A DNA stretch of 64,000 bases from Mobula hypostoma (Eukaryota): assembly GCF_963921235.1 (NCBI RefSeq), contig NC_086101.1:6450001-6514000 (forward strand). Direction: 5' to 3'. Shown in pieces: positions 1-13,700 of this stretch (positions within the stretch are counted from its first letter, which is position 1; the number at the start of each line of letters is the position of its first letter). The notes beneath the pieces were generated by a model that had not been told where the DNA came from, ran no database searches, and saw only the letters and a program-made list of their open reading frames with translations. Made by a program: the position numbers and the translations under genes.

Positions 1-1360
1 ATAATCATCTCCTTTACCTTGGTGACGTTGAGGAAGAGGTTACTTGCCTGGCACCAGGACTCGAGCGCTCCCATCTCCTCTCTGTAGGCCATCTCATCAT
101 TGTCACCAGTGTAGATAAGCTGACACCTTTATACTGAACAGATTCCACAACCTATGGACTCACTTTCAAGGATTCTACAACTCTTGTTGTAAAAATTATC
201 TATTTATTTATTAATTACCTGTTTTGTATTTAAACAATTTATCATCCTTTATGCACAGGATGCTTGTCCACCTTTGTGTGCGGTTTTTATTGATTTCTTT
301 GCATCCACTGTGAATGCCCACAAGGAAATGTCTAGAGCCGGGGTCTAAGCACTTAGATTTGTCGTGCAGCTGTGCTGATGCAGATTGCAGAGGAGATGGT
401 GTTGCCAACCCAGTCTGGCTGGGGTCTGACAGTGAGGAAATTGAGGACGCAGTTGCACAGGGAGGTATCCAGGTCTTTGAGCTCAGTAATGAATTTCGAT
501 GGGATGAAAGTGTTGAATGTTGAGCTGTCTTCCACAGCTCTATGATGAGCTCAGAAGGAGTTAATTTTTAAATTTTTGGATAATTGTTATGGTTTTATTT
601 CCCACTTCTGCTTGCTACAGCTCACTTCCACCGAACAGTTCTAGCCCTGTGGTCATGTCTGAAAATGAAGCCTACTTTCGACACTTGAGGTGGAGGAGCT
701 CTCTTGGTGCATCAGCTCGGCAGTAGGGAAGGCACAACAGCAACTGTACTACATAAGGTGCTTCAGGAGGGCTGATCTGCCTCAAAAGTTGCTGGCCAGT
801 TTCTATCAATGTGCGATAGAGAACATATGGAATGACAGTGTGGAACTCTAGTCTGATCACAAAGCACTCCAATGGGTGTGTAGGACAGTTCCGCATATCA
901 TTGGGACTGGAAACAATCTATAGCTCTCGATGTCAACAGCATGCTTGTTGCATCATTAAAGACCCATCCCAATGTCTGCTCAAATTCCTGCCGTCTGGTA
1001 GGAGATACAGAAACATCTCAGCCAAGGAATAATGCTATACTCAGACCTGCCAATGGCCTTTGAGTGTTAAGCTCTTTCAAAGTCAATTGTTTAAAGTTCA
1101 AAGTACATTTATTATTAAAATATGTATACATTATACAACTTCGAGATTCATCTCCTTACTGGGGGCTACAAAAGAAGAAACCCACATGAACCCATTAAAA
1201 AAAAATCCAACAAACGCCCAATGTGCAGATAGAAAGAGAAAACAAATTGTGCAAACAATAAAAGCAAGCAAACAGCATTCAGAGAGTCCATAGATATGAA
1301 GCCCAGAGCAGCCTGAGCAGGCCACAGCTTCAGTCTCAGTTCAGTACATAGCAGGGTAGA

Positions 1361-2576
1361 CTAGGAGTTGAGGATGCCATCGTCTACCTGCTGAACCGTG
1401 TCTACGCCCACCTGGACAAGCCAGCGAGCACTGTGAGGGTCATGTTTTTTGACTTCTCTAGTGCGTTCATCACCATCTGCCCTGCTCTGCTGGGGGAGAA
1501 GCTGACAGCGATGCAGGTGGATGCTTCCCTGGTATCATGGATACTTGATTACCTGACTGGCAGGCCACAGTACGTGTGCTTGCAACACTGTGTGTCTGAC
1601 AGAGTGATCAGCAGCACTGGGGCTCCACAGGGGACTGTCTTGTCTCCCTTTCTCTTCACCATTTGCACCTCGGACTTCAACTATTGCACAGAGTCTTATC
1701 ATCTTCAGAAGTTTTCTGATGACTCTGCCATAGTTGGATACATCAGCAAGAGAGATGAGGCTGAGTACAGGGCCACAGTAGGAAACTTTGTCACATGGTG
1801 TGAGCAGAATTATCTGCAGCTTAATGTGAAAAAGACTAAGGAGCTGGTGGTAGACCTGAGGAGAGCTAAGGTACCGGTGACCCCTGTTTCCATCCAGGGT
1901 GTCGGTGTGGACATGGTGGAGGATTACAAATACCTGGGGATACGAATTGACAATAAACTGGACTGGTCAAAGAACACTGAGGCTGTCTACAAGAAGGGTC
2001 AGTGCCGTCTCTATTTCCTGAGGAGACGGTGGTCCTTTAACATCTGCCGGACGATGCTGAGGATGGTCTACGAGTCTGAGGTGGCCAGTGCTATCATGTT
2101 TGCTGTTGTGTGCTGGGGCAGCAGGCTGAGGGTAGCAGACACCAACAGAATCAACAAACTCATTCGTAAGGCCAGTGATGTTGTGGGGATGGAACTGGAC
2201 TCTCTGACAGTGGTGTCTGAAAAGAGGATGCTGTCCAAGTTGCATGCCATCTTGGACAATGTCTCCCATCCACTACATAATGTACTGGGTGGGCACAGGA
2301 GTACATTCAGCCAGAGACTCCTTCCACCAAGATGCAACACAGAGCGTCATAGGAAGTCATTCCTGCCTGTGGCCATCAAACTTTACAACTCCTCCCTTGG
2401 AGGGTCAGACACCCTGAGCTAATAGGCTGGTCCTGGACTTATTTCCTGGCATAATTTACATATTACTATTTAACTATTTATGGTTTTATTACTATTTATT
2501 ATTTATGGTGCGACTGTAACGAAACCCAATTTCCCCCGGGATCAGTTAAGTATGACTATGACTATGACTATGACTA
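1361..2576 (+). mobile_element. Rex1/Babar-type LINE, 5'-truncated, RT ORF 1433-2422, (TATGAC)n tail
   Basis: RT motifs FFDFSSAF, GAPQGTVLSP and KFSDDS, plus a 3' microsatellite tail. Confidence 0.9.
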
Positions 2577-3718
2577 AACATCACAAAACTCACAGCCACA
2601 AGGCCCAGAGCAGCCCGAGCAGGCCACAGCTTCAGCCCCAGTGCCAGGGAGCAGCAAGCAGAACCGGCCCAACCTACGCCTCCAGTTCCGACACCCAGCC
2701 CTTTCAATCCATCTGGCCCTGAGTTTAAATTGTCCAAACATTGGGTCGTTCTGCTTTAGGACCTGGGCTCCATCGCATCGATACACTCTGGGCCTGAACC
2801 ACGGTGCCACATTCCGGCCTGCGCTCGCCTTTTCCAAATCGGCCTGGCACTTAGACAGATCCAACCTCACTCCCGGATAAGCCCCGAATCTTGTCCGTTC
2901 TGACTTTTCTCCGCTCTGTATCCCCCGACTCCATCTCGAACGTCCCTTGACCTCGCTCCAACCGCTTCCCCTGAAACGTGCCTCGACCTCACTTGCACGC
3001 CCCAACCCTCGAGTCAGCCTTGACTTTGCTGGCCTTTTCATTGTTTATGGCGATTGTTTACCATTAATGTTTTACAGAAAAAGTGTTGTTGATAAAGTGT
3101 TTAGTTGTACTTCTAGTTTTGGGAACCATTAGTATACAATCGCTAATCCTCAGTAGCGCCATCTTAAACGGGAGTTTTATGTAAATATGGGAATTTTTAA
3201 AAAATTAAGCCATACGGCATGCATATAAGTATTTTGCATGGACTGGAGTAGCACCGCGATCTGGTTGTCTGAGCAATGACTATAAAGTTCTATCCTATTT
3301 CAACTCTCGGTTGTGGTAACCATTTCATGGTAGAGTCTTCCTCCCATACAGCCACCAGGTGGTGGGTTCAGTTGATGATAATTCAGTGAAATGGATTTAG
3401 AGTCCTACCACAAACCTCAGTAGGAAGTGCCATCTGTCACAAGGAGAATGAAGAAGTAAAACAGGGAAAGCAGGACATCCAAAAACATTCTGGTTGGATG
3501 GACCACCGCAGCAGACAGTTGACGACTGCATCGTCAATAATCAATTGAAAAAGTCATCAATCTGGAGCAATAGACATAGACAATAACTGCATTCCAGCTA
3601 TGTCCCCAAAACCATACTGGTGCAACTCTACATTCCCACCCCCACCTCAGCCAGTACTGTCTGGTTTGTTGCAGTACCCTCTCACAATACAGCATACGAA
3701 AACTACAGAGAACTGTAA

Positions 3719-4085
3719 GGTTCCTGAAGGTCGTCATGGCCGGGGGACGGAGTGGGGACAAGCTCCCACTACCTATTAAATACTCCCAATGGCGTGCACC
3801 TCAGATAGCCTCCAGCTCCTGGCCTTCACATGAGGGTTAGCTCCTAAACCTGGCAGGACGATTTCTACTGACAGGAGAAGGGGCAATGGTGGGTTACTGG
3901 TGCCTTAAAACCAGTTGTTTTGGGCAGATGGGGCTCATCAGCTGTGGTTGGCAGCTCATCGAGAAGAAGGAAAACTCTGTTGTCAAACCTCCTCCGCCCT
4001 GGGAAAGGCTTCGGGAGTGAACTCTGAGGAAGAACCTGGAGGTGGAGCCCCTAATACACTGAGCTCAAAGCTGAGTGCCAAACAG
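3719..4085 (+). mobile_element. Interspersed repeat resembling a non-autonomous RTE-type 5' region; related copies at ~21190-21480 (-) and ~51030-51410 (+)
   Basis: Shared blocks between copies (AAGCTCCCAyTACCTATTAAA, CAGCTCCTGGCCTTC, GGAGCCCCTAA). Family assignment is inferred. Confidence 0.45.
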
Positions 4086-4194
4086 TATCAGTCTCTGTCA
4101 TTCCTTTGGCTTTGCAGTTCACAATTCCGAATACATGTAAATATACACGGCCAATAAAGATGATCCGAGATCCTTGAATGCCTGGCACGTAGGA

Positions 4195-4435
4195 GATTGA
4201 TGTGGGCATGGGAGCTGGTGTGGATGGGGGTAATGGTGACCTGACAGAGGTGTGTGATGTGGGCATGGGAGGTGGGGTGGGTGGGGGTAATGGTGACCTG
4301 ACAAAGGTGTGTGACGTGGGCATGGGAGGTGGGGTGGGTGGGGGTAATGGTGACCTGACAGAGGTGTGTGACGTGGGCATGGGAGGTGGGGTGGGTGGGG
4401 GTAATGGTGACCTGACAGGTGTGTGACGTGGGAAG
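4195..4435. repeat. 57-bp G-rich minisatellite, about 4 copies
   Basis: Unit GTGGGCATGGGAGGTGGGGTGGGTGGGGGTAATGGTGACCTGACAGAGGTGTGTGAC recurs with starts at about 4201, 4258, 4315 and 4372. Confidence 0.92.
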
Positions 4436-4957
4436 GGGCACAGACAGGCTGAAAGCTCACTCTTTCTTTCCAAGGACCGGTGGGGTGATAAAAACAAGAG
4501 AGTATATGTTTAAGATCAGAGGCAAGAGAATTATTTTATTTATTTTTACTTTGGAAACTATGCTGAGTAGGGCCCTTCCAGTCCTCTCTGCCCAGCAAGC
4601 CCCAATGACTCCGATTTAACCCCAACCTAATCACGGGATAACGTACAACGACCAACTAACCTACTCGGTGCGTCTTTAGACTGCGGGAGGGAACCTGGGG
4701 AAACCGACGCATTCCACAGGGATGACATACACAGAGAATCCTAACAAGGGTGCCGGAGTCCGCGCCCCAAGCTATAATAGTGCCGCAATAACGCTGCGCT
4801 TCCGTGGCAAGAAACTACGGGGATGGCTTCTTCGCACAAATGGTGGTGCGTATTTGGAGCAGGCTGCCAGAAATAGTTGAGGTGGGCCCATTAGTTGTCC
4901 AGGTACACATGTGGGTAGGCTAGGTGCAGAAGGCAATGGCAGCAGATGGGTTTAACT

Positions 4958-5895
4958 CAGGGGTTCCCAACCTTTTTTGCACCGCAGACCGGTTTAATAT
5001 TGACAATATTCTTGCGGACCGGCCGACCGGGGGCAGTGGGGGGGAGGGAGGGGAGGGTTGCCAATGGAGAAGAGTAGCAGTCAAATACGTTGTGTTTACC
5101 CCAAGAAAGACTACCATGACCATGAAGCCTTGCGCGGGCACCTATGTGCGCATGTGTGTACATGCCGATTTTTTCTACAAATCTCTGTTCAGTGAAACTA
5201 CACTGTACATACATTATTTCTACTTTATATAGGCTGTGTATTTATCATATCATTCCTGATTTTACTATATGTTAGTGTTATTTTAGGTTTTATGTAACAC
5301 AGCGCATGAATATAATGATAAGTCAATTAGAAGTCACTTACCAGTCAATAGCATCATAATATTTTAAGTAACGTTTGGATATTGAACACACAGCACATAT
5401 TTTCCTCGTATGAACATATAAAATCATTGCAATAATGCTGAAACAGTGGGAGCCCTGGGCTTGTTTTCCTGCAACAAGACGATCCTATCGAGGGGTGATG
5501 GGAGACAGCGATACTCGAAGGAAGTTCCTTATGTCCGGTCTATTCCGCAATTTAGTTTTCGTTGCATTCATTGCAGAATATTCCGCTTCGCAGATATGTT
5601 GGAAATGGAAGCAATGTTTTCAGTGCTTTTGTGGCTATCTCAGGATATTTGGCCTTGACTTTGATCCAGAATGCCAGCGGAGATGTTATGTCGAACATAC
5701 TTTTCAGCCTGCCGCCAGTTGCAAGCTCGAGGACTTGATCTTCTTCCCGTGCTGACATGGATGACGCGTGCGTTCAAGCTCAACAGTGCGTGACAGGGAA
5801 TGAGGAAAGGTGTAGCTGACTCATATCTCCAAATTATATCGTTTCCTCACGGCCCGGTAGCACATGCTTTGCGGCCGGGTGGTTGGGGACTGCTG
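4958..5895 (-). mobile_element. Non-autonomous hAT (Charlie/Buster-type) DNA transposon
   Basis: TIRs CAGGGGTTCCCAACC...GGTTGGGGACTGCTG, 8-bp TSD GTTTAACT/GTCTAACT, hAT dimerization-domain remnant FWIKVKAKYPEIATKALKTLLPFPT on the minus strand. Confidence 0.9.
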
Positions 5896-6804
5896 GTCTA
5901 ACTTGCTGCAGAACATAGTAGGCATGGGTCAGATGGGCCTCAGGACCTGATTCTGTATGACTCTGCCACTATAAATAGGTCTGCTCTATTTGCCATGTTG
6001 TTTCGTAGGTCTTACAATTCATTGGGGGGGGGGTGGAGTAATGTAGTGGTTAGCACAACGCTTTACTGTACCAGTGACCCAGGTTTAATTCCCCCCAGTG
6101 TCTGTAAGGAGTTTGTACCTTCTCTGCGTGAGTGCAAGTGTTTCCTCCCATGGTCTAAAAACGTACTGGTTAGTGGGTTAACTAGTCATTGTCCCATGAT
6201 TAGGTAAGGGTTAAATAGGTGGATTGCTGGGCAGCATGGCTTGAAGGACCTGAACCCGATAAATAAATAATTATTTCTTTTCTTCCCCAATCCAGTGTGT
6301 CTGAAACTGTTCATAGCCAAATGAAGATCTTAAAAAAAGGAACAAGAACATAAAACAGTACAGCTCAGGAACAGGCCCTTCGGCCCACAATGAGAGCTCT
6401 GGATACAATGGTGAATTAAACTAACTATCTCCTGCCTGATATCACATTCAAGAGAAGAGGAATTTGGTTCCTGGTTCTTGGTTCTTGATCCTCCAAAATA
6501 TTCCACATGGAATTTAAACTGGAGGTGCTGGAACTTAAATTAAATTTCCTGAATTTACAAGGGGTTTACTTAACATTTAAGTATTTATAATGTGATTACG
6601 ACAGCATCGGTTCTTTCAAAATTCTGGCAGTTTATCTTGCTATGAGTTACTTCCCCATTGCAGCAGATATGATCAGACTCTCTGTGTCTGTGTCGTTAGA
6701 TGTGTCTCTGTGGATACTGTTCCTGTCTCAGAGATCTAAACATAAAGGTTAGCTTTGCTTGTCACAGGTACAGGGAAATGTGTCCTTTGCATCAAATTAT
6801 ATCA

Positions 6805-7620
6805 GTGTAGATTGTGTTCAGGAAGGTTTCTGGACACAATATGTAGATAAGCCTACAAGAGGAGAGGCTGTACTTGATCTGGTATTGGGAAATGAACCTG
6901 GTCAGGTGTCAGGTCTCTCAGTGGGAGAGTATTTTGGAGATAGTGATCACAATTCCATCTCCTTTACCAGAGCATTGGAGAGGGATAGGAACAGACAAGT
7001 TAGGAAGACATTTAATTGGAATAAAGAGAAATATGAGGCTATTAGGCAGGAACTTGGAAGCATACATTGGGAACAGATATTCTCAGGGAAATGTATGGAA
7101 GAAATGTGCCAAATGTTCGGGGGATATTAGCGCAGAGTTCTGAGTAGGAATGTTCCAATGAGACAGGGAAAGGATGGTAGGGTACAGGAACCATGGTATA
7201 CAAAGGATGTTGTAAATCTAGTCAAGAAGAAAAGAAGAGCTTACAAAGTGTTCAAAAAACTAGGTAATGACAGAGATCCAGAAGACCACAAGGCTAGCTG
7301 GAAGGAGCTTAAGAATGAAATTAGGAGAGCCAGAATGGGCCATGAGAAGGCCTTGGCAGACAGGATTAAAGAAAACCCCAAGGCATTTGACAAGTATGTA
7401 AAGAGCAAGAGAATAAGATGTGAGAGAATAGGACCAATCAAGTGTGACAGTGGAAAAGTGTGTATGGAACCATCTGGAGGAGTTAGCAGAGGTACTTCAT
7501 GAGTACTTTGCTTCAGTATTCACTACGGAAACGGATCTTGGTGATCATAGTGATGACTTACAGTGTATTGAAAAGTTTGAGCATATAGACATTAAGAAAG
7601 AGGATGTGCTGGAGCTTTTG
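6805..7620 (+). mobile_element. CR1-type LINE ORF2 fragment (endonuclease and linker)
   Basis: QYVDKPTRGEAVLDLVLGNEPGQV...SDHNSI and IKENPKAF, with stops and frameshifts. Confidence 0.88.
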
Positions 7621-7870
7621 CCAATCACCTGTCCAGCTCCTGGCTCCATCCCTCCCCCTCCTGTCTTCTCCTATCATTTTGGATCTCCCCCTCCCCCTCC
7701 CACTTTCAAATCTCTTACTAGCTCTTCCTTCAGTTAGTCCTGACGAAGGGTCTCGGCCTGAAACGTCGACTGTACCTCTTCCTAAAGATACTGCCTGGCC
7801 TGCTGCATTCACCAGCAACTTTTATGTGTGTTGCTTGAAATTCCAGCACCTGCAGATTTCCTCGTATTTA
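7621..7870 (+). mobile_element. Penelope-like element terminal repeat (pLTR) fragment
   Basis: Same repeat family that ends the Penelope-like bodies at ~35400 and ~48330. Confidence 0.7.
7736..7771 (+). ncRNA. Minimal type I hammerhead ribozyme motif in a Penelope-like pLTR
   Basis: AGTC-CTGACGA-AGGGTCTCGGCCT-GAAACGTC-GACT: CUGANGA and GAAA core, stem I AGUC/GACU, palindromic ACGU stem III, GUC cleavage triplet ending at 7767. Confidence 0.65.
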
Positions 7871-8324
7871 CTCCTCAGAAAGTAGTCACATTTATCTAAT
7901 AAAGTATGCTTGCAGCTGTTGCTCATCCGTTTCAGGGTTTGACATGTTCTGTGTTCAGAGATGCTCTTCTGCACACCGCTGTTGTAATGCATTAGTTATT
8001 CGAATTCTGGTCACCTTCTTGTCAGCTCAAATCAGTCTGGCCATTCACCTCCAACCTCTGTCATTAACAAGGTGTTTTACCCCACAGATATGCTGCTCAC
8101 TGGATTTTTTTTTTGTTTTTTTTCACACCGTTCTCTCTAAACTCTAGATACTGTTGTGTGTGAAAATCCCTGAAGACCAGCAATTTCTGAGATACTCAAA
8201 CCACCTCACCCGGTCATTCCACAGTCTAAGTCACTGAAATCACATTTCCTCCCCATTCTGATGTTTGGTCCAAACAACAACTGAACCTATATTCAGGGGG
8301 GTCCTACTTGGGGGTCTACAGACT

Positions 8325-8868
8325 GAAGGTGATCAGAGAGCTTAAAGTAAAAGAACCCTTAGGAGACAGCAATCACAATATGATTGAGTTCAACTTGTAA
8401 TTTGATAGGGAGAAAGTAAAGTCTGACATAGCAGTATTTCAGTGGAGTAAAGGAAATTACAGTGGTATGAGAGAGGAGTTGGCCAAAGTGAATTGGAAGC
8501 AGACAGCAGAACAGTTTCCGGGGAGAATGCAAAAGGTGCAGGATAGATGCATTCCAAAAAGAACGGAATTCTCAAATTGCAAAATAGTACAACCGTGGCT
8601 GACAAGGGAAATCAAAGCTAATATAAAAGTAAACAAGAGGACATACAACAAAGCAAAAATTAGTGGGAAGATAGAGGATTGGGAAGCTTTTAAAAACCTA
8701 CAGAGAGCAACTAAAAATAATTAGGAAGAGGGGAAGATGAAACATGAAAACAAGCCAGCAAACAAAACCAAGGTGGATAGAAAAAGCTTTTTCAAGTATG
8801 TAAAAAATAAAAGAGAGATGAGAGTGGATATAGGACTGCTAGAAAATGAGGCCGGAGAAATAATAACG
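8325..8868 (+). mobile_element. CR1-type LINE fragment
   Basis: Degenerate ORF2 linker ([19 protein letters not shown]). Confidence 0.8.
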
Positions 8869-10286
8869 GTGGTATGCCTGAATGACTATCGACCTGTGGC
8901 TCTGACATCAATTGCTATGAAGTGCTTCGAGAGATTGGTTTTGGCACACATCAACCACAGCCTACCAGTCAACCTCGACGCTTTGCAATTCGCCTACCGG
9001 AGCAACAGGTCAATGGCAGCTGCCATCTCTCTGGCCCTACGTTCCTCCTTAGAACACCGGGAGAATAAAGACACATACGTAAGACTCCTTTTCATTGACT
9101 ACAGCTCTGCTTTTAATACCATCATTCCAAATAAACTGATTCCTAGCCTGGGCCTTAGCACTCAGATCTGCAGCTGGATCTTCATCTTCCTCACAGACAG
9201 GACCCAGGCTGTAAAAATAGGGGACAAGCTCTCCTCTACAATCACTCTGAGCACCGGTGCCCCACAAGGCTGTGTACTCAGCTCCCTGCTGTACTCACTG
9301 CACACCCATAATTGTGTAGCCAAGTTTCCATCAAACTTAGTATATAAGTTTGCTGATGACACAACAATTGTAGGCCGTGTATCGGGTAATGATGAGTTTG
9401 AGTACAGAGCGGAAATTAAGAACCTGGTGGCATGTTGCGAAGACAATAACCTATCCCTCAATGTCAGCAAGACGAAGGAATTAGTTGTTGACTTCAGAAG
9501 AAGTAGCGGACCGCACGACCCCATTTACATTGGTGGTGCGCAAGTGGAACAGGTCAAAAGCTTTAAGTTCCTCAGGGTCAATATCACAAATGACCGGACT
9601 TGGTCGAACTAAGCAGACTTCACTGCCAAGAAGGCCCACCAGCGTCTTTACTTCCTGAGAAAACTAAAGAAATTTGGCCTGTCCCCTAAAACCCTCACTA
9701 ATTTTTATAGATGCACCGTAGAAAGCATTCTTCTAGGGTGCATCACAACCTGGTATGGAAGTTGTTCTGTCCAAGACCGAAAGAAGCTGCAGAAGATCGT
9801 GAACATGGCGCAGCACATCATACAAACCAATCTTCCGTCCGTGGACTCACATTACACTGCACGCTGTTGGAGCAGTGCTGGCAGGATAATCAAGGACACG
9901 ACCCACCCAGCCAACAGACTTTTCGTCCCTCTTCCCTCCAGGAGAAGGTTCAGGAGCTTGAAGATTCGTACGGCCAGATTTGGGAACAGCTTTTTTCCAT
10001 CTGTGATAAGACTGCTGAACGGATCCTGACACAGATCTGGGCCGTACCCTCCAAATATCCGGACCTACTTCTCGGTTTTTTGGCACTACATTACTTCCCA
10101 TTTTTCTATTTTCTATTTATGATTTATAATTTAAAATTTTAATATTTACTAATTTTAACTATTTTTAATATCTTTAATATTTAATATTTGTAATCCAGGG
10201 AGTGTGAAGCACAGAATCAAATATTGCTGTGATGATTGTACGTTCTAGTACCAATTGTTTGGCGACAATAAAGTATAAAGTATAAA
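8869..10286 (+). mobile_element. Rex1-type LINE (second family), 5'-truncated, with (TAAAGTA)n tail
   Basis: [32 protein letters not shown] and KFADDT motifs; stop at 9610-9612; tail AATAAAGTATAAAGTATAAA. Confidence 0.88.
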
Positions 10287-13155
10287 TCTCCTCTGCACTC
10301 TCTCCATAGCATCCACATCCTTCCTGTAATAAGGTGGCCAGAACTGAACACAGTGCTCCAAGTGGGGTCTAACCAGGGTCTTGTGTACAGCTCCTTAGTT
10401 CTCTTAGATCCTCCACACTGCCAATAGTCTGATCATTTATATTATATTCTGTCTTCAAATTCAGCCTACCAAAATGAACCACTTCACACTTAACTGGGTT
10501 GAAGTCCATCTGCCACTTCTCAGCCCAATTTTGCATCCTATTGATGTCCTGCTGTAACGTCTGGCAGCCCTCCAGGCTATCCACAGCACCCCCAACCTTT
10601 GAATCATCAGCAAACTGACTAACCCACCCTTCTACTTCTTTATCCAGGTCATTTATAAAACCCACAAAGAGCAGGGGTCCCAGAACAGATCCCTGCGGAA
10701 CGCCACAGATCACCGACCTCCATGCAGAGTACAAACCAACTACAACCACCCTTTGCTTTCTGTGGGCAAGCCAATTTTGGATTCACAAAGCAAGGTCTCC
10801 AAGGATCACATGCCTCCTTGCTTTCTGAAAGAGCCTTGCATGGGGAACCTTATAAAAAGCCTTAATGAAATCCATATACACTACATCCACTGCTCTACCT
10901 TCATAAATGTCTTTTGTTACATCCTCAAAGGATTCAATCAGGCTCAGAAGACATGACCTGCCCTTGACAAAGCCATGCTAACTATCCCTAATCAGATTAT
11001 GTCTCTCCAAATGCTAATAAATCCTACCTTTCAGGATCTTCTTCAACAACTTTCCCAGCACTGAAGTCAGACTCACTGGTATTTAATTTCCTGGGTTATC
11101 TCTACTCTCTTTCTTGAACAAGGGAACAACATTTGCAACCCTCCAATCCTCCGGTACTTCTCCCATCCCTATTGATGACACAAAGATCACCACAGGAGGC
11201 TCAGCAATCTCCTCCCTCACTTTCCACAGTAGCCTGGAGTATATCTCATCTGGTCCCAGTGATTTACCTAACTTAATGCTTTTCAAAAGCTCCAGCACAT
11301 CCTCTTTCTTAATGTCTATATGCTCAAGCATTTCAGTCCACTGTAAGTCATCCCCACAATTGCCAAGGTCTTTTCCCCTGGTGAATACTGAAGCAAAGTA
11401 TTCATTAAGTACCTCCGCTACCTCCTCCAACAATCCTGCTCACCAAGACCTTCTCATGAACCCTTCTGGCTCTCCTAATTCCACCCTTAAGCTCCTTTTT
11501 TTTTGTGATTATGAGGACATGCAGTCCCCTTTTATTGTCATTTAGTAATGCATGCATTAAGAAATGATAAAAATGTTTTTCCAGAATGATATCACGAAAA
11601 CACATGACAAACTGACTTAAAAACTAACAAAAACTACATAATTATAACATATAGTTACAACAGTGCAAAGCAATACCGTAATTTGATAAGAACAGACCAT
11701 GGCACAGTAAAAGTCTCAAAGTCTCTCAAAAGTCCCAGCATCTCACGCAGACGGTAAACCTCCAGCGCCGCCAACTTGCCGATGCAGCATCCCGGAAGCA
11801 TCCAACCACAGTCCGACTCCAAGTCCGCCCGAAAAACTCCGAGCCTCCGACCAGCTCTCCGACACTGATGCACCGAGCACCATCTCTGCTGAGCATTTCG
11901 ACCCTGGCCCCGGCAACAGGCGATACGCAAAGCCGAGGATTTGGGGCCTTCCCCTCCGGAGATTCTCGATCGCACAGTAGCAGGGGCAGCGAAGCAGGCA
12001 TTTCCGAACTTTCTCCGGATGTTCCTCTGCGCTTCATGGCTGTCCCCCATCAAATCCTTCCTAGCAACCTTGTAATCTCCCAGCGCTCTAACAGTACCTA
12101 GTTTCTTGAACCTTACGTACACTTTTCTTTTCTTCTCAACCAGATTTTCTACATACTTTGTACACCATGGTTCTTTAACTCTACCATCCTTTCCCTGCCT
12201 CAATGGAACATACCTATGCAGAACTCCATGCAAATATTCCCTGAACATTTGCCGCATTTCTGCCATATATCTCCCTGAGAACGTCTGCTCCCAATTTATG
12301 CTCCCAAGTTCCTACCTAATAGCATCATATTACCCCCCCCCCCCACCTTAATTAAATGTTTTCCCAAATATCTGCTCCTGTCCCTCTCCAGCACTATGGT
12401 GAAGGAGATAGAGTCACTACCTCCAAAATGCACTCCCATCGAGAGATCTGACACCTGACCAGGTTCATTTCTCAATACCAGATCATGTACAGCCTGTCTT
12501 CTAATTGGCTTATCTACATATTGCGTCAGTAAACCTTCCTGAGCACACCCAACAAACTCCACCCCTTCTAAATCCCTTGCGCTAAGGAGATGCCAATCAA
12601 TATTAGGAAAGTTAAAATCTCCCATCACAACAACCCTATTATTATTGCACTGTTCTGGAATCCGCCTCCCGATCTGCTCCTTGATATCCCTGTTACTACT
12701 GGGGGCGGGGGCGGGGGAGGGGGGTCTATAAAAACACCCAGTCGACTTCCTGCTTTGCTGCAGCGGTGACACTATCCCTAATTGGCAATGCCACGTCCCG
12801 ACATCTTTTGCCTCCCTCTCTGTTCTTTTTGATACATCTAAAGCCTGGCACACTCCGCAGCCATTCCTGCTCCTGAGAGATCCAAGTTTCTGTAATGGCT
12901 ACAATGTCATATTTCCTCGTATTGATCCACGCTCTGCATTCATCCACCTTGTTTATGAAATTCATTGCATTAAAATAGACCCATCTCAAACCATCAGGCT
13001 GACTTCATCTTTGCTCTAACATCTACCTGTCCTTCCTCACAAACTCCCTACAAGCTGTCTCTACTTGTGCTCCAACCTCCCCATCCTCTGCCTCTTCACT
13101 TCGGTTCCCACCCCCCTGCAAATCTACTTCAAACCCTCCCCAGTAGTATTAGCCA
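10287..13155 (-). mobile_element. Decayed CR1-type LINE ORF2 (endonuclease and RT), interrupted by an insertion at ~11505-12045
   Basis: YDIVAITETW, VVMGDFNFPNIDW, VPEDWRVANVVPLFKK, GVPQGSVLGPLLF and FADDSK in several frames. Confidence 0.9.
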
Positions 13156-13156
13156 G

Positions 13157-13700
13157 TATTGTGAGAGTTTGGGCTCCTCCTCTGAGAAACGATGTGCTGG
13201 CATTGGAGAGAGTTCAGTGGAGGTTCACTAGGATGACTCCAGATTGAAAGGGTTATCATACGAGGAACGTTTGATGGCTCTGGGTCTATACTTGCTGGAA
13301 ATTAGAAGGATGAGGGGAGGTTTCATCCAAACCTTCTGAATGTTGAAAGGCCCAGACAGAGTAGATGTGGAAAGGGTATTTCCCATGGTGGGGGAATCTA
13401 GGACAAGAGGACACAGTGTCAGGACAGAGGGGCATCCATGTAAAACGGAGATGAGGAGATATTTCTTTTGCCAGAGGTTGGTGAATCTGTGGTGTTTGTT
13501 ATCACAGGCAGCTGTGGAGGCCAGGTCACTGGGTATATTTAAGGCAGAGATTGATACGTTCTTGATTGGCCAGGTTACAGGGAGAAGGCTGGGGAGTGGG
13601 GCTGAGGAGGGGAGAGAATGCTCAGCCATGATTGATTGGCAGAGCAGACACAATGGGCCAAATGACCTAATTCTGCTCCTATGTCTAATGATCTTATGGA
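13157..13700 (+). mobile_element. CR1-type LINE 3' fragment
   Basis: ALERVQWRFTRM and SRTRGH...FFCQRLVNLW followed by a CR1 3' UTR. Confidence 0.85.

Noticed and set aside
4051..4497. Pro-, His- and Gly-rich ORFs
   Set aside because: By-products of the 57-bp minisatellite, with no splice or homology support.
8737..9612. 291-aa ORF as a novel RT gene
   Set aside because: Chance in-frame junction of a CR1 fragment (to ~8868) and a truncated Rex1-type LINE, ending at a premature stop.
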